A DNA stretch of 60,597 nt, taken from positions 1-60,597 of the IMG/VR virus record IMGVR_UViG_3300042861_000484, one strand, 5' to 3'. A program made the translations under genes and the position numbers. Every line of letters starts with the position of its first letter. Positions within the stretch are counted from its first letter, which is position 1. Below the pieces are notes generated by a model. That model was given only the letters and a program-made list of their open reading frames with translations. It did not search any database and had not been told where the DNA came from. The DNA is from a virus (lineage: Duplodnaviria; Caudoviricetes). This document shows, in pieces, positions 1 through 9,577 of this stretch.

Positions 1-240
1 ATGGCAACCCTCATTCTTATGAAAGAGGCTCTGGAGAAAAAGATTCAGATTCCAGAACACGACACAGCTTTAAACAGAACAAAGCTGGAAAGTGTCAAAG
101 CAGCTATATTAGCGTTAAAACCAAAATTAGAATATGAGCCTGTCTCAGATCTACGAGGGTTGGAGGAACAATCTGCTTCCCCCAGCGAAATTGAAAGCCC
201 TCATCAAAGAAACCAGCAAGCAGAGATTGAGCATTTGTGA
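1..240 (+). CDS. hypothetical protein (possibly 5'-truncated)
   Basis: 79-aa ORF at window edge; N-terminal half looks helical, 3' half overlaps the next gene by about 100 nt. Confidence 0.35.
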   Translation: MATLILMKEALEKKIQIPEHDTALNRTKLESVKAAILALKPKLEYEPVSDLRGLEEQSASPSEIESPHQRNQQAEIEHL

Positions 241-409
241 CAATTGTCCTTATCATTCCAAGAATCATAAGACAAAACGACCAGATGCTCATTGTACAAA
301 TTGTGGATGCACCCTGGCAGCAAAAACAAAATGTCTCTCCTGTAGCTGTCCAATAAACAAGTGGAGTGCTGTGTTAACAAAAGAGCAGGAAGACGAAATG
401 ACAAAATGA
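134..409 (+). CDS. small Cys-rich metal-binding protein
   Basis: RLSICDNCPY...CTNCGCTLAAKTKCLSCSCPINKW, 8 Cys; ATGA overlap with next gene. Confidence 0.75.
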   Translation: MSLSQIYEGWRNNLLPPAKLKALIKETSKQRLSICDNCPYHSKNHKTKRPDAHCTNCGCTLAAKTKCLSCSCPINKWSAVLTKEQEDEMTK

Positions 410-669
410 AGAAAAATGACAACGAGGTGAAACTGAAAAAGATCCCTCTAAAAAGATTTATCGACACGCTTATTGATGTATATACATCAGGGGCAGATTA
501 TATAGATTTGATTGGGATAGCTGATGAGGAACAAGACTCCATCGGTATATCTGTAAGTAATGAATATATGAACGTTGACAGAGAACAATATTACGAGGAT
601 CTTTCAGAGAAAATATTTGAGAGGTCTAAGGGAAAATTGTCCGAAGAAGATTTTAACGAACTGACATAA
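406..669 (+). CDS. hypothetical acidic protein
   Basis: ATG at 406 overlaps upstream TGA (ATGA) and is preferred over the GTG at 361. Confidence 0.7.
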   Translation: MKKNDNEVKLKKIPLKRFIDTLIDVYTSGADYIDLIGIADEEQDSIGISVSNEYMNVDREQYYEDLSEKIFERSKGKLSEEDFNELT

Positions 670-673
670 ACCA

Positions 674-961
674 ATGAGTAGAAAACAAAGTGACTTTAGC
701 AAGCTGGTCAGCCTTCTCACAGAGCTGCATAAGTCCTATCCACATTATGGTGTAGGAAGACACCTCTCAACAGCTCTTTCCGATTATGGTGACATATGGG
801 GAATGACAGACAAAGAGTTTGCGTTTGCTCTTGAGAAATACAAGCTCCAATTAGAGATGGATGTCCCACATTCTGGGGATAGTGAGATTGATGAAATCAT
901 TAGACAAGGTCTTGATCTTGATAGCATTCTAAAAGAAGAAGATGATGGCGAAGAGTACTAA
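674..961 (+). CDS. hypothetical protein
   Basis: 95-aa ORF tightly packed in the operon, acidic C-terminus. Confidence 0.7.
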   Translation: MSRKQSDFSKLVSLLTELHKSYPHYGVGRHLSTALSDYGDIWGMTDKEFAFALEKYKLQLEMDVPHSGDSEIDEIIRQGLDLDSILKEEDDGEEY

Positions 962-1277
962 AACTACATATGTAAATGCTGAACTAGATTGGGCTGAAGA
1001 ACAGCTCAAGAGCTGGAAAGCATACGTGGATGCAAATCCATTACATGAACTAAAAGACAGGATTGAATGGAAACCTACAGCCAAAGGAGGCATGCTTCCT
1101 ATGGTGATTGCCTCTATTGAAGCACAGGGTAAGTTTATCCAAGAGACAATGAAGAACTATCTAGCTCTTCTTGAGGTGGTTGATAAGCTTCGTAAGATTG
1201 AAGAAGCTAAGGTGGAGGTAAGAGGTAAAGGAGAAATGTCAAGCATGGCTGAAGACTGGTTGAAGAACAGAGGATGA
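942..1277 (+). CDS. helical protein directly upstream of TerL; terminase small subunit candidate
   Basis: ATGA coupling to terL; about 110 aa, helical; function inferred from position only. Confidence 0.5.
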   Translation: MMAKSTKTTYVNAELDWAEEQLKSWKAYVDANPLHELKDRIEWKPTAKGGMLPMVIASIEAQGKFIQETMKNYLALLEVVDKLRKIEEAKVEVRGKGEMSSMAEDWLKNRG

Positions 1278-3298
1278 TAGAATTACAAAAAATTAGCTAC
1301 GATGACTGGTTTATAAACCAGAAGCGTATTCCTGACCGTGAGTCAGCAGAATACAAGCCCTTTTTTGAGTTTCATAAAGACCTGTGTTTGAATGGTGCTA
1401 TGATGGATGGGGTGTACATCAACCCATTTCTCTATTGGCATCTTAATATATGGCATACAGAAGTGGATGTAATTGATGAGCGTGGAAGAATCAGCCAGAA
1501 ATATGCCAATCCCTACCTACGTGATAATGAGTGGGTGGTAACCAACGAAATTGATAGAGCTCACCAAGAGAAACGAGGCTTAGTCATCCTAGGTATTAGA
1601 CGTTTTGCTAAGTCTGTAATTGAGGCTAGCTATATTGCTTGGGGAGCTACGTTTGATGAGAACTCCCAGAACATTATTGCTGGACTGAACGCACCCGATA
1701 TTAAGCTTATTACAGATAAGATTGACAAGGGATTGAACTTCCTACCAGAAGCTTGGAGATGGCAAAGGATTGAGGACAACTGGAAAAACCAAGTGACACT
1801 CGGTATCAGAACAAAGGCTGGAGAACGTATTCCCTTCTCCCAGATCCTTGTAAGAAACTTGGATGAGGGTAACAATGAAGAGGCTATCGCAGGTACAAAA
1901 CCACGTAAACTAATTATTGATGAGATTGGTAAAGGATCTTTCCTTAGAGGTTTCCAGGCAGCTGTGCCTGGTTTCACCACACCATTTGGATGGGGCTGCT
2001 CTCCTATTCTCACTGGTACTGGTGGTGATATGAAGAAGTTCTTGGATGCCAAGAGCTTAATGTTTGATGTGGACAATTTTAACTTCCTAACCTACAACAA
2101 TGAAAAGGATGAGAGACGTGTTCATGGCTTGTTTATTTCGTATAAGTATAGAATGGAAGCTAAGGAAGAAAGTACGCTTGGTAAATTTCTTCAACAGCCT
2201 GAAACAAGCGATCTTCACAACATTAAGATGTTGGTAAGTGATGAAGAGAAAGCATTAAACATCACAAACACAAACTTAGAAAGACTCAAGAAAGCTGGAG
2301 ATAGAATAGCATATCTAAAAGAGAAGATGTACTACCCATTAGAAGTGGATGACATCTTCCTGAACGAGGACACAAACATATTTGATATTGAGGCTGCTAA
2401 GCGTCAGAAGTTCAGACTCATGGAACAGGGCAAGACAGGCACCCCTGTTATTTTGTTTCATGATGGAGAAAAGCTCAGTCATGAGTTTACAGACAAACAG
2501 CCCATATCTAACTTCCCACTCAAAGCTACAGATCTGAAAGATGCTCCTGTAGTGATATACGAGTTTCCTGTTGAGAATCCTCCATATGGACTCTATGTAG
2601 CAGGAGTTGACCCTTACAGACAGGGTAAATCAGCATATAGCTCCTCTTTGGGAGCAGTTTATATTTATAAACGAATGCATGATTTGACAGGTGAGAAGTA
2701 CCAGGATATGTTCGTAGCTTCGTATGTAGCAAGACCTGATAAGAAAGAAACCTGGGAAGAACAGGCTAGATTGCTTATCAAGTATTACAATGCTAGAGCA
2801 CTTTGCGAGAACGATGATATTTCTTTTATTGAATACATGAAATCTAAAGGCGATGCACACTATCTGGAAAAGCAACCACAGTGGCTTATGGAAGTGGTAC
2901 CAAATACCACAGTTAAACGTGAGTATGGAGTACACCGTTCATCAGACAAGATCAGAGATTATCTTCACAACTGTCTGAAGAAATACATGGAGGAATCCAT
3001 TCTTATAGAAAGAGATGAGAATGGAGATATCACCAAGGAAGTGAGAGGTATCACCAAGATGTTTGATCCTGTCCTTCTTGAAGAGATTATTCAATATAAT
3101 GATGTAGACAACTTTGACCGCATCATTGCTGCAGAACTAGCTATTGCTCAGGCACTTAAGATGGACCCTATTCTTGGAAGAGTGGGAGGATCTGGAGATG
3201 ATAGAGTGGCTGCTCTGTTTAAGTCTAAACCAAAGAACCAACTGTTCACAGACTCTAGAGGATTATTTAACACGAAAAAACGTAAACTTTTTACATAA
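1274..3298 (+). CDS. terL: terminase large subunit
   Basis: Walker A-like GIRRFAKS, Walker B LIIDEIG, RNase H-like nuclease motifs YVAGVDPY, LCEND, NFDRIIA; precedes portal. Confidence 0.93.
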   Translation: MIELQKISYDDWFINQKRIPDRESAEYKPFFEFHKDLCLNGAMMDGVYINPFLYWHLNIWHTEVDVIDERGRISQKYANPYLRDNEWVVTNEIDRAHQEKRGLVILGIRRFAKSVIEASYIAWGATFDENSQNIIAGLNAPDIKLITDKIDKGLNFLPEAWRWQRIEDNWKNQVTLGIRTKAGERIPFSQILVRNLDEGNNEEAIAGTKPRKLIIDEIGKGSFLRGFQAAVPGFTTPFGWGCSPILTGTGGDMKKFLDAKSLMFDVDNFNFLTYNNEKDERRVHGLFISYKYRMEAKEESTLGKFLQQPETSDLHNIKMLVSDEEKALNITNTNLERLKKAGDRIAYLKEKMYYPLEVDDIFLNEDTNIFDIEAAKRQKFRLMEQGKTGTPVILFHDGEKLSHEFTDKQPISNFPLKATDLKDAPVVIYEFPVENPPYGLYVAGVDPYRQGKSAYSSSLGAVYIYKRMHDLTGEKYQDMFVASYVARPDKKETWEEQARLLIKYYNARALCENDDISFIEYMKSKGDAHYLEKQPQWLMEVVPNTTVKREYGVHRSSDKIRDYLHNCLKKYMEESILIERDENGDITKEVRGITKMFDPVLLEEIIQYNDVDNFDRIIAAELAIAQALKMDPILGRVGGSGDDRVAALFKSKPKNQLFTDSRGLFNTKKRKLFT

Positions 3299-5892
3299 TG
3301 GCTATCATTAGGTATACCAAAGATGCAACCATACGCTATGCGTATTTGAACATATTTCCTGATCAGTTCAAGACTGAGAAGGAGAAGATGGATGAGAGTT
3401 GGATTAAGAACACCATGGACTACTTTGCAAACAAGGCTTATGCTGAGTATGTAAAGAACCGTGATACATTTGTTAAGAACTATGACTTGGTAAAGGGCAT
3501 CCTGAGAATGGAAGACTTCTACCAAGAGCCTCAGGTGAAGAGCTTTACAGAAATGCTCACTACCAACCTAGAGCTTCCTGCATATGTGAAGATGTATTCC
3601 ATCATCACCACACCTCTGAATGAACTGATTGGTGAAATCTCTAAGAGACCTGACACATTCCGTGTTAAAGCTTTTGATGAAGATAGCAAGTCTGAAGAAC
3701 TAGAGTTTAAAACTGGCATTCTCCAGGAGTATGTCATGAACAAGGCTAAGGAGAAGATTCTTCTTCAAGCAGACATGGCTGGTCAGGAGATTGATGAAGA
3801 ACAGCTTCAGCAACTTACCATGGAGCAAGTGCAAGATGAGCTTGACAGCTACACATCTATTGCTGAGAAGTGGGCTAACCACGTACTCACATGTCAGAAA
3901 GCTGAGTTCAATCTGAAAGAAAAGTCTGAAGATGCTTTCAGAGATTTGTGTATTTCAGCAAGAGAATTCTATCACATCTATGAAGACAACTCTAAGCTTG
4001 GGTTCAATATCGAAGTGGCTAACCCAAAGAACACTTGGTTTCTTACAACTCCTGATCGTAAGTGGATCTCTGATCCTACAGGTAGAGCTCAGGGAGCCTA
4101 TGCAGCTGGTACAGTGCAAGTTATGGAGCTTTCAGAAATCATCGAAAGCATTCCTGATCTTACAAAAGAAGAGATTGATCACCTGCGTTCATCTCTTCAA
4201 GACTATGGTTTGATTAATGTTCGTGAGTCTAACCTGGGTAATCCTAACGTATCTCCTGGTATTGACTCAGTTACATATGATACATACGACCCATTGGTGC
4301 TTCAGACTAGAATGTTGATTGAATCTGAGATGAAGCAGAATAATGATGGTCTGCAAGACTTCTTAGGACTTACGTCCAATGTGTCTTCATTTGGATACAA
4401 GTATGTTGTGGTTCGTGCTTATTGGCTCTCCAAGAGAAAGATTGGTAAGCTCATTTACATAGATGAACTGGGTAATGAGCAATCTATGCTTGTAGATGAA
4501 AACTACAAGAGTGGTACTATTCCTACAGAAGAGTCTTTGGAATGGGGATGGGTGAACCAGTGGTATCAGGGAGTTAAGATAGGTCCAGACATCTATCATG
4601 TTAAACCGTTTAAACTTCTCAACTACTGTCCTATTATTGGTTTAACGCACGAGGTGAAGAACACGGAGGCTAAGTCTATTATTGACTTGATGAAGCCTTT
4701 CCAGGTGTTATACAATGTGTGCATGAACCAGCTTTACAAACTTCTTGAGAAAGAGGTGGGTAAGGTGTATTTGACATCCATCAGACACGTACCTGTTCCC
4801 AAGGATGGTGATGCCCAAGATGCACTGGATGTATGGGAAATGGAAGCTCGTAACAGGGGTGTTGTGTTTATTGATGACAGCCCTGAGAACTTAAAGAGTC
4901 CTTCTAGCTTCAACCAGTTTAGAGACATTGACCTCACGCGCACGCAGGAGATTCAATCTAGATATACACTGGCTCAACAACTAAAGAATGAGTGTTGGGA
5001 ACTGGTGGGTATGAGTAAGCAAAGACTTGGATCTATTTCAGCTAGTGAGTCTGCTACAGGGGTTAACACTGCTGTTCAACAATCATATTCTCAGACAGAG
5101 CCTCTGTTTGTGGCTCACGAATATATCATGGGTCAGCTCTATCAAGCTATTATCGATGCTGCTCTATATGTAGAGTCTAAGAAACCTCAGTCTACTCTTT
5201 CCTACATCACATCTGAAGGAGAGTCTGCTTTTGTTCAGGTGAATGGTACAGACTTAAAATTCCGTGATCTGAAGGTGTTCCTGACTAATAGACCTGACGA
5301 TACACAAATGTTCAATGAACTTCGTCAAATGGCACAGCCTTTGATGCAGAATGGTGGATCTATCTACGATGTTATCCAGCTGTACAGCACCAAGTCTATC
5401 AGAGAGATGAAGCGCATCTTCAAGACTCTGAAAGAGAAACAAGACGCTATGCAACAGCAGCAAATGCAAATGCAACAGCAACAGCTTGAGCAGCAGCAAC
5501 AACAATCGCAAGCTCAACTTGAGCAACAAGCTATGTTGGCTGAACAGAAGACAGCTAACGATAACTACCAGAAAGAACTCGATAGACTCAACAAGAAAGA
5601 GATTGCAATTATTTCTGCTACAGGATATGGTAATGTAGCTGCTGAAGATGCAAATCAAAATGCTATTCCTGATGTTCTTGAGCTAAGTAAAATATCTGGC
5701 GAAGAGTCTAAAGCAGCAAGAGAGTATCAGATGAAGATGCAAGAGATTCTGTCCAAGAACAAACAAGCTTCCGAAAAGCTGTCTCTTGAAAGAGAGAAGC
5801 TCCAGGTGGCTAGAGAAAATCAGGCTAATGATTTGGCTATTGCTAAAGAGAACGCTAAGGGTAGAGCTAAACAACCTAAATCTAAGAAATAA
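3298..5892 (+). CDS. portal protein (crAss-like)
   Basis: 864 aa directly after terL; GMSKQRLG...SESATG segment; Q-rich C-terminal coiled-coil barrel. Confidence 0.88.
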   Translation: MAIIRYTKDATIRYAYLNIFPDQFKTEKEKMDESWIKNTMDYFANKAYAEYVKNRDTFVKNYDLVKGILRMEDFYQEPQVKSFTEMLTTNLELPAYVKMYSIITTPLNELIGEISKRPDTFRVKAFDEDSKSEELEFKTGILQEYVMNKAKEKILLQADMAGQEIDEEQLQQLTMEQVQDELDSYTSIAEKWANHVLTCQKAEFNLKEKSEDAFRDLCISAREFYHIYEDNSKLGFNIEVANPKNTWFLTTPDRKWISDPTGRAQGAYAAGTVQVMELSEIIESIPDLTKEEIDHLRSSLQDYGLINVRESNLGNPNVSPGIDSVTYDTYDPLVLQTRMLIESEMKQNNDGLQDFLGLTSNVSSFGYKYVVVRAYWLSKRKIGKLIYIDELGNEQSMLVDENYKSGTIPTEESLEWGWVNQWYQGVKIGPDIYHVKPFKLLNYCPIIGLTHEVKNTEAKSIIDLMKPFQVLYNVCMNQLYKLLEKEVGKVYLTSIRHVPVPKDGDAQDALDVWEMEARNRGVVFIDDSPENLKSPSSFNQFRDIDLTRTQEIQSRYTLAQQLKNECWELVGMSKQRLGSISASESATGVNTAVQQSYSQTEPLFVAHEYIMGQLYQAIIDAALYVESKKPQSTLSYITSEGESAFVQVNGTDLKFRDLKVFLTNRPDDTQMFNELRQMAQPLMQNGGSIYDVIQLYSTKSIREMKRIFKTLKEKQDAMQQQQMQMQQQQLEQQQQQSQAQLEQQAMLAEQKTANDNYQKELDRLNKKEIAIISATGYGNVAAEDANQNAIPDVLELSKISGEESKAAREYQMKMQEILSKNKQASEKLSLEREKLQVARENQANDLAIAKENAKGRAKQPKSKK

Positions 5893-6422
5893 TGTTTGAT
5901 AGGCTCATAGACTTAATATCCAACTGGCTAGAAAAGATTGTCCCATTCTTCATTGTTATGGAGTATGAGGAGGCTGTTGTCTTGCGCTTTGGAAAGTTTC
6001 ATAAGGTGGCTAAGCCTGGCTTGCATTTTAGAATCCCTATTGTAGATGAGTTTATGACAAACCACGTTGTTGTCACTACACTCAGTCTTCCTCCACAGAG
6101 CTTGTATACAAAAGACAAGCAGAACATTGTGGTGAAGGGGGTAATCAAATATAGAATTGCTGACGTGCAGACTTTCCTTCTAGAGGTGTACGATGCTCAG
6201 GATGCTCTGTCTGACATGACACAATCCATCATCAAGAACGTAGTGATGGATAAGTCTTTGGAAGAATGCATCGATACTGAGATTGACAATCTTCTCTCTA
6301 AGAAAGCTAGGGTGGAAGCTAAGAAGTGGGGTGTTGAAATTCAACAAGTTACGCTCACAGACCTAGCTCCTATTCGTAGTTTTAGGCTAATAAATGACAC
6401 AGTGATAAACAAACTTGATTAG
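5892..6422 (+). CDS. SPFH/Band-7 (stomatin/HflK-like) domain protein
   Basis: EYEEAVVLRFGKFHKVAKPGLHFRIPIVD, QSLYTKDKQNIVVKGVIKYRI, KWGVEIQQVTLTD are hallmark SPFH segments. Confidence 0.85.
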   Translation: MFDRLIDLISNWLEKIVPFFIVMEYEEAVVLRFGKFHKVAKPGLHFRIPIVDEFMTNHVVVTTLSLPPQSLYTKDKQNIVVKGVIKYRIADVQTFLLEVYDAQDALSDMTQSIIKNVVMDKSLEECIDTEIDNLLSKKARVEAKKWGVEIQQVTLTDLAPIRSFRLINDTVINKLD

Positions 6423-6480
6423 AGCAAAAAACATTAATGCTATATTATCCTGAAAAATGGGCAATATAGTGCTCTAACTC

Positions 6481-6511
6481 TTTGTTATTCAATAGTCTTT
6501 ATATACTTTTA
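6481..6511 (+). promoter_or_regulatory. Bacteroidota-type sigma promoter for the scaffold/capsid operon
   Basis: TTTG (6481-6484) + 19 nt + TACTTTTA (6504-6511), one mismatch to TAnnTTTG; intergenic. Confidence 0.55.
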
Positions 6512-6541
6512 CATCCACAAACCAAATAAAAAGAACTACAT

Positions 6542-7822
6542 ATGGCTGAAAATTTGGACACCCCATCATTTGGGAACTTTAGTATTGAGAACACCATGGA
6601 AATGGGTGCTGGTAATGCTGAGCTTTTAAATGATCTCCTTTCCCCAGAAACCTCCACAGGCAATCCTGATGATATTCAAGAGATTGTAAAAGAGGTGAGT
6701 GACCCTGCTCCTGCCCCTAAGAAAGCTCCTGCTGGTAAAACAATTGGAGATGTTGTTGCTGAGGGTAAGGCTCCTGAGGAAGATACTTCTGCTAATCTTG
6801 AGAAGTTCCTGTTAGGAGATGATAAGGAAGAAGAAGAGGAAGAGGAAGAGGAAGTTATTACTCCTAAAGCAAAAGCTAAAACGGCTGCCCCTGCTGAAAC
6901 TAAAGAAGAAGAGGATGATGAAGAAGAAGCTCCTGAAGTGAGCAGATTCACAGCTCTGTCCAATGACCTATTCAAACTTGGTGTATTTACCAAGGATGAG
7001 GATGATGAAGATACCCCTATTGATACTCCTGAAGCTTTCTTGGAAAGATTCCAAGCTGAAAAAAGAAGAGGAGCTATAGAAGTGGTAAATAACTTTATTG
7101 GTCAGTTTGGTGAAGATTATCAACAAGCATTTGATGCCATCTTTGTAAAAGGTGTTAACCCGAAAGAATACTTCGGTACCTACAATCAAATCGCAAGCTT
7201 CTCTGATATGGATCTCTCTCAAGAGAACAATCAGGTGGCTGTAATCAGACAAGCTCTTGCAGATCAAGGCTTTGAGTCTGAAGATATTGATACAGAAGTA
7301 GAAAGACTGAAAAACTACGGTGATCTTGAAACGGTAGCCACCAAGCACCACAAAGTGCTTGTGAAGAAAGAAGCTCAGAAACTCCATCAAATGGAGGAGA
7401 AAGCACAGCAAGAGCTTCAACAGAAACAGGCTATCAAGAACCACTACGTACAAAACGTTCAGACTATTCTACAAGATAAAGTGAAGAGTAAGGAGTTTGA
7501 TGGCATCCCCATCAACCCAAAACTTGCTGGTGAACTACAAGACTTCCTTTTGGTAGACAAATACAAAACTGCTAATGGTGAAACATTAACAGATTTTGAT
7601 AGAGCTATCCTGGAACTAAAGAGACCTGAGAACCACGAAATGAAAGTGAAGGTTGCTCTGCTCATGAAGATCCTGGAAAAAGACCCCACTCTCTCTACCA
7701 TCCAAAAGACTGGTATCACCAAGAAATCCAACGAGTTGTTTGGTGAGGTTGCTAGACAAGTGGAAAAGAGTAGTGTGAAAGGAAGCAAATCCCAGCCTAA
7801 ATCCAATTCTTGGTTTTTATAA
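6542..7822 (+). CDS. acidic scaffold-like protein (crAss gene-77 position)
   Basis: very acidic disordered N-half with E/D runs, helical C-half; lies between portal and capsid gene. Confidence 0.7.
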   Translation: MAENLDTPSFGNFSIENTMEMGAGNAELLNDLLSPETSTGNPDDIQEIVKEVSDPAPAPKKAPAGKTIGDVVAEGKAPEEDTSANLEKFLLGDDKEEEEEEEEEVITPKAKAKTAAPAETKEEEDDEEEAPEVSRFTALSNDLFKLGVFTKDEDDEDTPIDTPEAFLERFQAEKRRGAIEVVNNFIGQFGEDYQQAFDAIFVKGVNPKEYFGTYNQIASFSDMDLSQENNQVAVIRQALADQGFESEDIDTEVERLKNYGDLETVATKHHKVLVKKEAQKLHQMEEKAQQELQQKQAIKNHYVQNVQTILQDKVKSKEFDGIPINPKLAGELQDFLLVDKYKTANGETLTDFDRAILELKRPENHEMKVKVALLMKILEKDPTLSTIQKTGITKKSNELFGEVARQVEKSSVKGSKSQPKSNSWFL

Positions 7823-7854
7823 TTTTCTCATAATAAATTTAAAAGGATAACAAA

Positions 7855-9408
7855 ATGGCAATTCAAACAATCCCAGGTTTAACTGGTTTTACCTATGCCC
7901 GCGTAGCCTCTATGGACAAGCGTGCTGTAGGTAAATTGACCGACGCTAACCACCTGGAATCATTCCACTCAACTGAGCCTGCAGACTATGACAAGAAGAT
8001 TATCTCCTTGTACACTCAGAGCTCACTGTACAGTAATGACTTCTTGGACATGATCAACAAGAGCACACCTTATTACATCGATAATAATAGTGATGCTTGG
8101 AAATGGCAAGTTCAGGTTCCTTACAAGTTCCCCAAAATCATCAATGTTCCTGATTCTACCCTGAATCTGAGCAAGCCTGGTATCGATGGTCAAGAGTTCT
8201 CTCTTGTTTTGGATACCAACGAGTTCTCTAAGAACGCTATCGTTTCTGTTGGTTCTCGTCAGTATGGTCCTCGCTTCTACGTTATTAAGGATCCCGTTCC
8301 TTGGAACATGGGCTTCCTGTATAGCTTCACCTTGGTGAGCGATAACCCCACTGTGGATTTCGTAAGTTCTACTTTCTTGCAAGTTGGTATCGAGCTTGAG
8401 CTGGTTGATGCTGCTATCGGTGAATTCGATCAGGATCTGCTGGGTCTTCCTCGCTTGGGTGAGAAGATCACTATGTTTGAATCTTTGGGTTCTGCATATG
8501 GTTTCGAGCACAAGATCACTGAGTGGGCTGATGACAAGATGATGAGAGATGCTTCTGGTAAGCCTCTGGATATCTTGGTATATGCTCCTCAGCGTAGAAA
8601 TCAACTTCCTTTGACTCGTAATGATGTTAAATGGGAGCCGTTTATTGAGTTCTGGATGCGTAAGTCTATGCTTGAGTTGAAAGTTAAGCGTATGATTTGG
8701 AGCAAGCCTGGTACTGTGAAGACTCATGGTAGCAAGCAAGAGCTGAAGCGTACATCTGCTGGTGTATATCACAGAATGCGTAACAACGGTAACCTGGTTC
8801 AATACAACCGTGGTGAGTTCTCTGCTAACCTGATTCGTTCAGTGTTTGGAGACCTGTTCTACAGACGTGTTGATGTTAAGGATCGTCGTGTTAAAATGTA
8901 TACAAACGAAGCTGGTTTTGACGTGTTCCAACAAGCTTTGAAGAATGACGCTTTGAACAGTGGTCTTACCTTCATGGCTGATAGCGGAAACCGTTACCTG
9001 CAGGGCGAAGGACAACACATCACTTACAACTTTGCATTCGATGCAATGGTTACTCGTGAGACTGGTCGTGTTGAACTGATCCACCTGAAGGAACTTGACC
9101 TGCCTCAAACTAACCTGGAATTTGGACAGAACAAGAAGTCTACCCCTGTATTCATGGTGTTTGACGTGTCTCCAATGTCTGATGGTTCTTTGGTTAACAA
9201 CATCCGTGAAGTTCGTATGAAGGGTGCACCTTCTATGACTTGGGGATATATCGATGGAACTCGCCACCACTTGGGCTTTGCTAAGTCTCAGGGTATGAGC
9301 TCTGCGAACAAATTCCCTGGTTACGAGATCTGGATGAAAGACCGTTGTGATGTATTCATCGAGGACCTGTCTCGCACAGTCTTGATTGAAGAGATCCCAC
9401 AGTTCTAA
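7855..9408 (+). CDS. major capsid protein (crAss-like HK97 fold)
   Basis: 517 aa, position after scaffold, highly biased codons (GCT, CGT, TTC, AAC), followed by structured intergenic region. Confidence 0.87.
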   Translation: MAIQTIPGLTGFTYARVASMDKRAVGKLTDANHLESFHSTEPADYDKKIISLYTQSSLYSNDFLDMINKSTPYYIDNNSDAWKWQVQVPYKFPKIINVPDSTLNLSKPGIDGQEFSLVLDTNEFSKNAIVSVGSRQYGPRFYVIKDPVPWNMGFLYSFTLVSDNPTVDFVSSTFLQVGIELELVDAAIGEFDQDLLGLPRLGEKITMFESLGSAYGFEHKITEWADDKMMRDASGKPLDILVYAPQRRNQLPLTRNDVKWEPFIEFWMRKSMLELKVKRMIWSKPGTVKTHGSKQELKRTSAGVYHRMRNNGNLVQYNRGEFSANLIRSVFGDLFYRRVDVKDRRVKMYTNEAGFDVFQQALKNDALNSGLTFMADSGNRYLQGEGQHITYNFAFDAMVTRETGRVELIHLKELDLPQTNLEFGQNKKSTPVFMVFDVSPMSDGSLVNNIREVRMKGAPSMTWGYIDGTRHHLGFAKSQGMSSANKFPGYEIWMKDRCDVFIEDLSRTVLIEEIPQF

Positions 9409-9438
9409 TACTGCTGCAGCTAAGCTGCGCCAAATACC

Positions 9439-9481
9439 GAGAGAAGAATGCCCCCCACCTCCAAGTGGGGGAGCTTCTCTC
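9439..9481 (+). other. strong stem-loop after the capsid gene
   Basis: GAGAGAAG/CTTCTCTC outer stem and CCCCCAC-CTCCAA-GTGGGGG inner stem; no U-tract. Confidence 0.6.
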
Positions 9482-9488
9482 AAATTAC

Positions 9489-9547
9489 AGAGTGATTGGG
9501 TTAGGGGATTCCTAATCGCTATCCCTTCGATGGGACTCACTCTGCCA
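9489..9547 (+). ncRNA. tRNA-like element lacking a D-arm
   Basis: 7-bp AGAGTGA/TCACTCT stem + G + CCA; GGTTAGG-GGATT-CCTAATC arm; TCCC-TTCGAT-GGGA T-like arm. Confidence 0.45.
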
Positions 9548-9577
9548 ATTTAAAACCAAATTAAATTTAACTACATC

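Noticed and set aside
5440-5530. CAG/CAA repeat tract
   Set aside because: Encodes the Q-rich coiled coil of the portal barrel with mixed codons; not a separate element
6820-6930. GAA/GAG purine runs
   Set aside because: Poly-Glu/Asp of the acidic scaffold protein
1274-9408. Introns or inteins in terL, portal or capsid genes
   Set aside because: ORFs are continuous and of ordinary length, with no intein C/HN junction or LAGLIDADG motifs noticed
9489-9547. Canonical tRNA-Ile(GAT)
   Set aside because: No D-arm, 6-nt T-loop, no U33 or purine 37; kept only as tRNA-like
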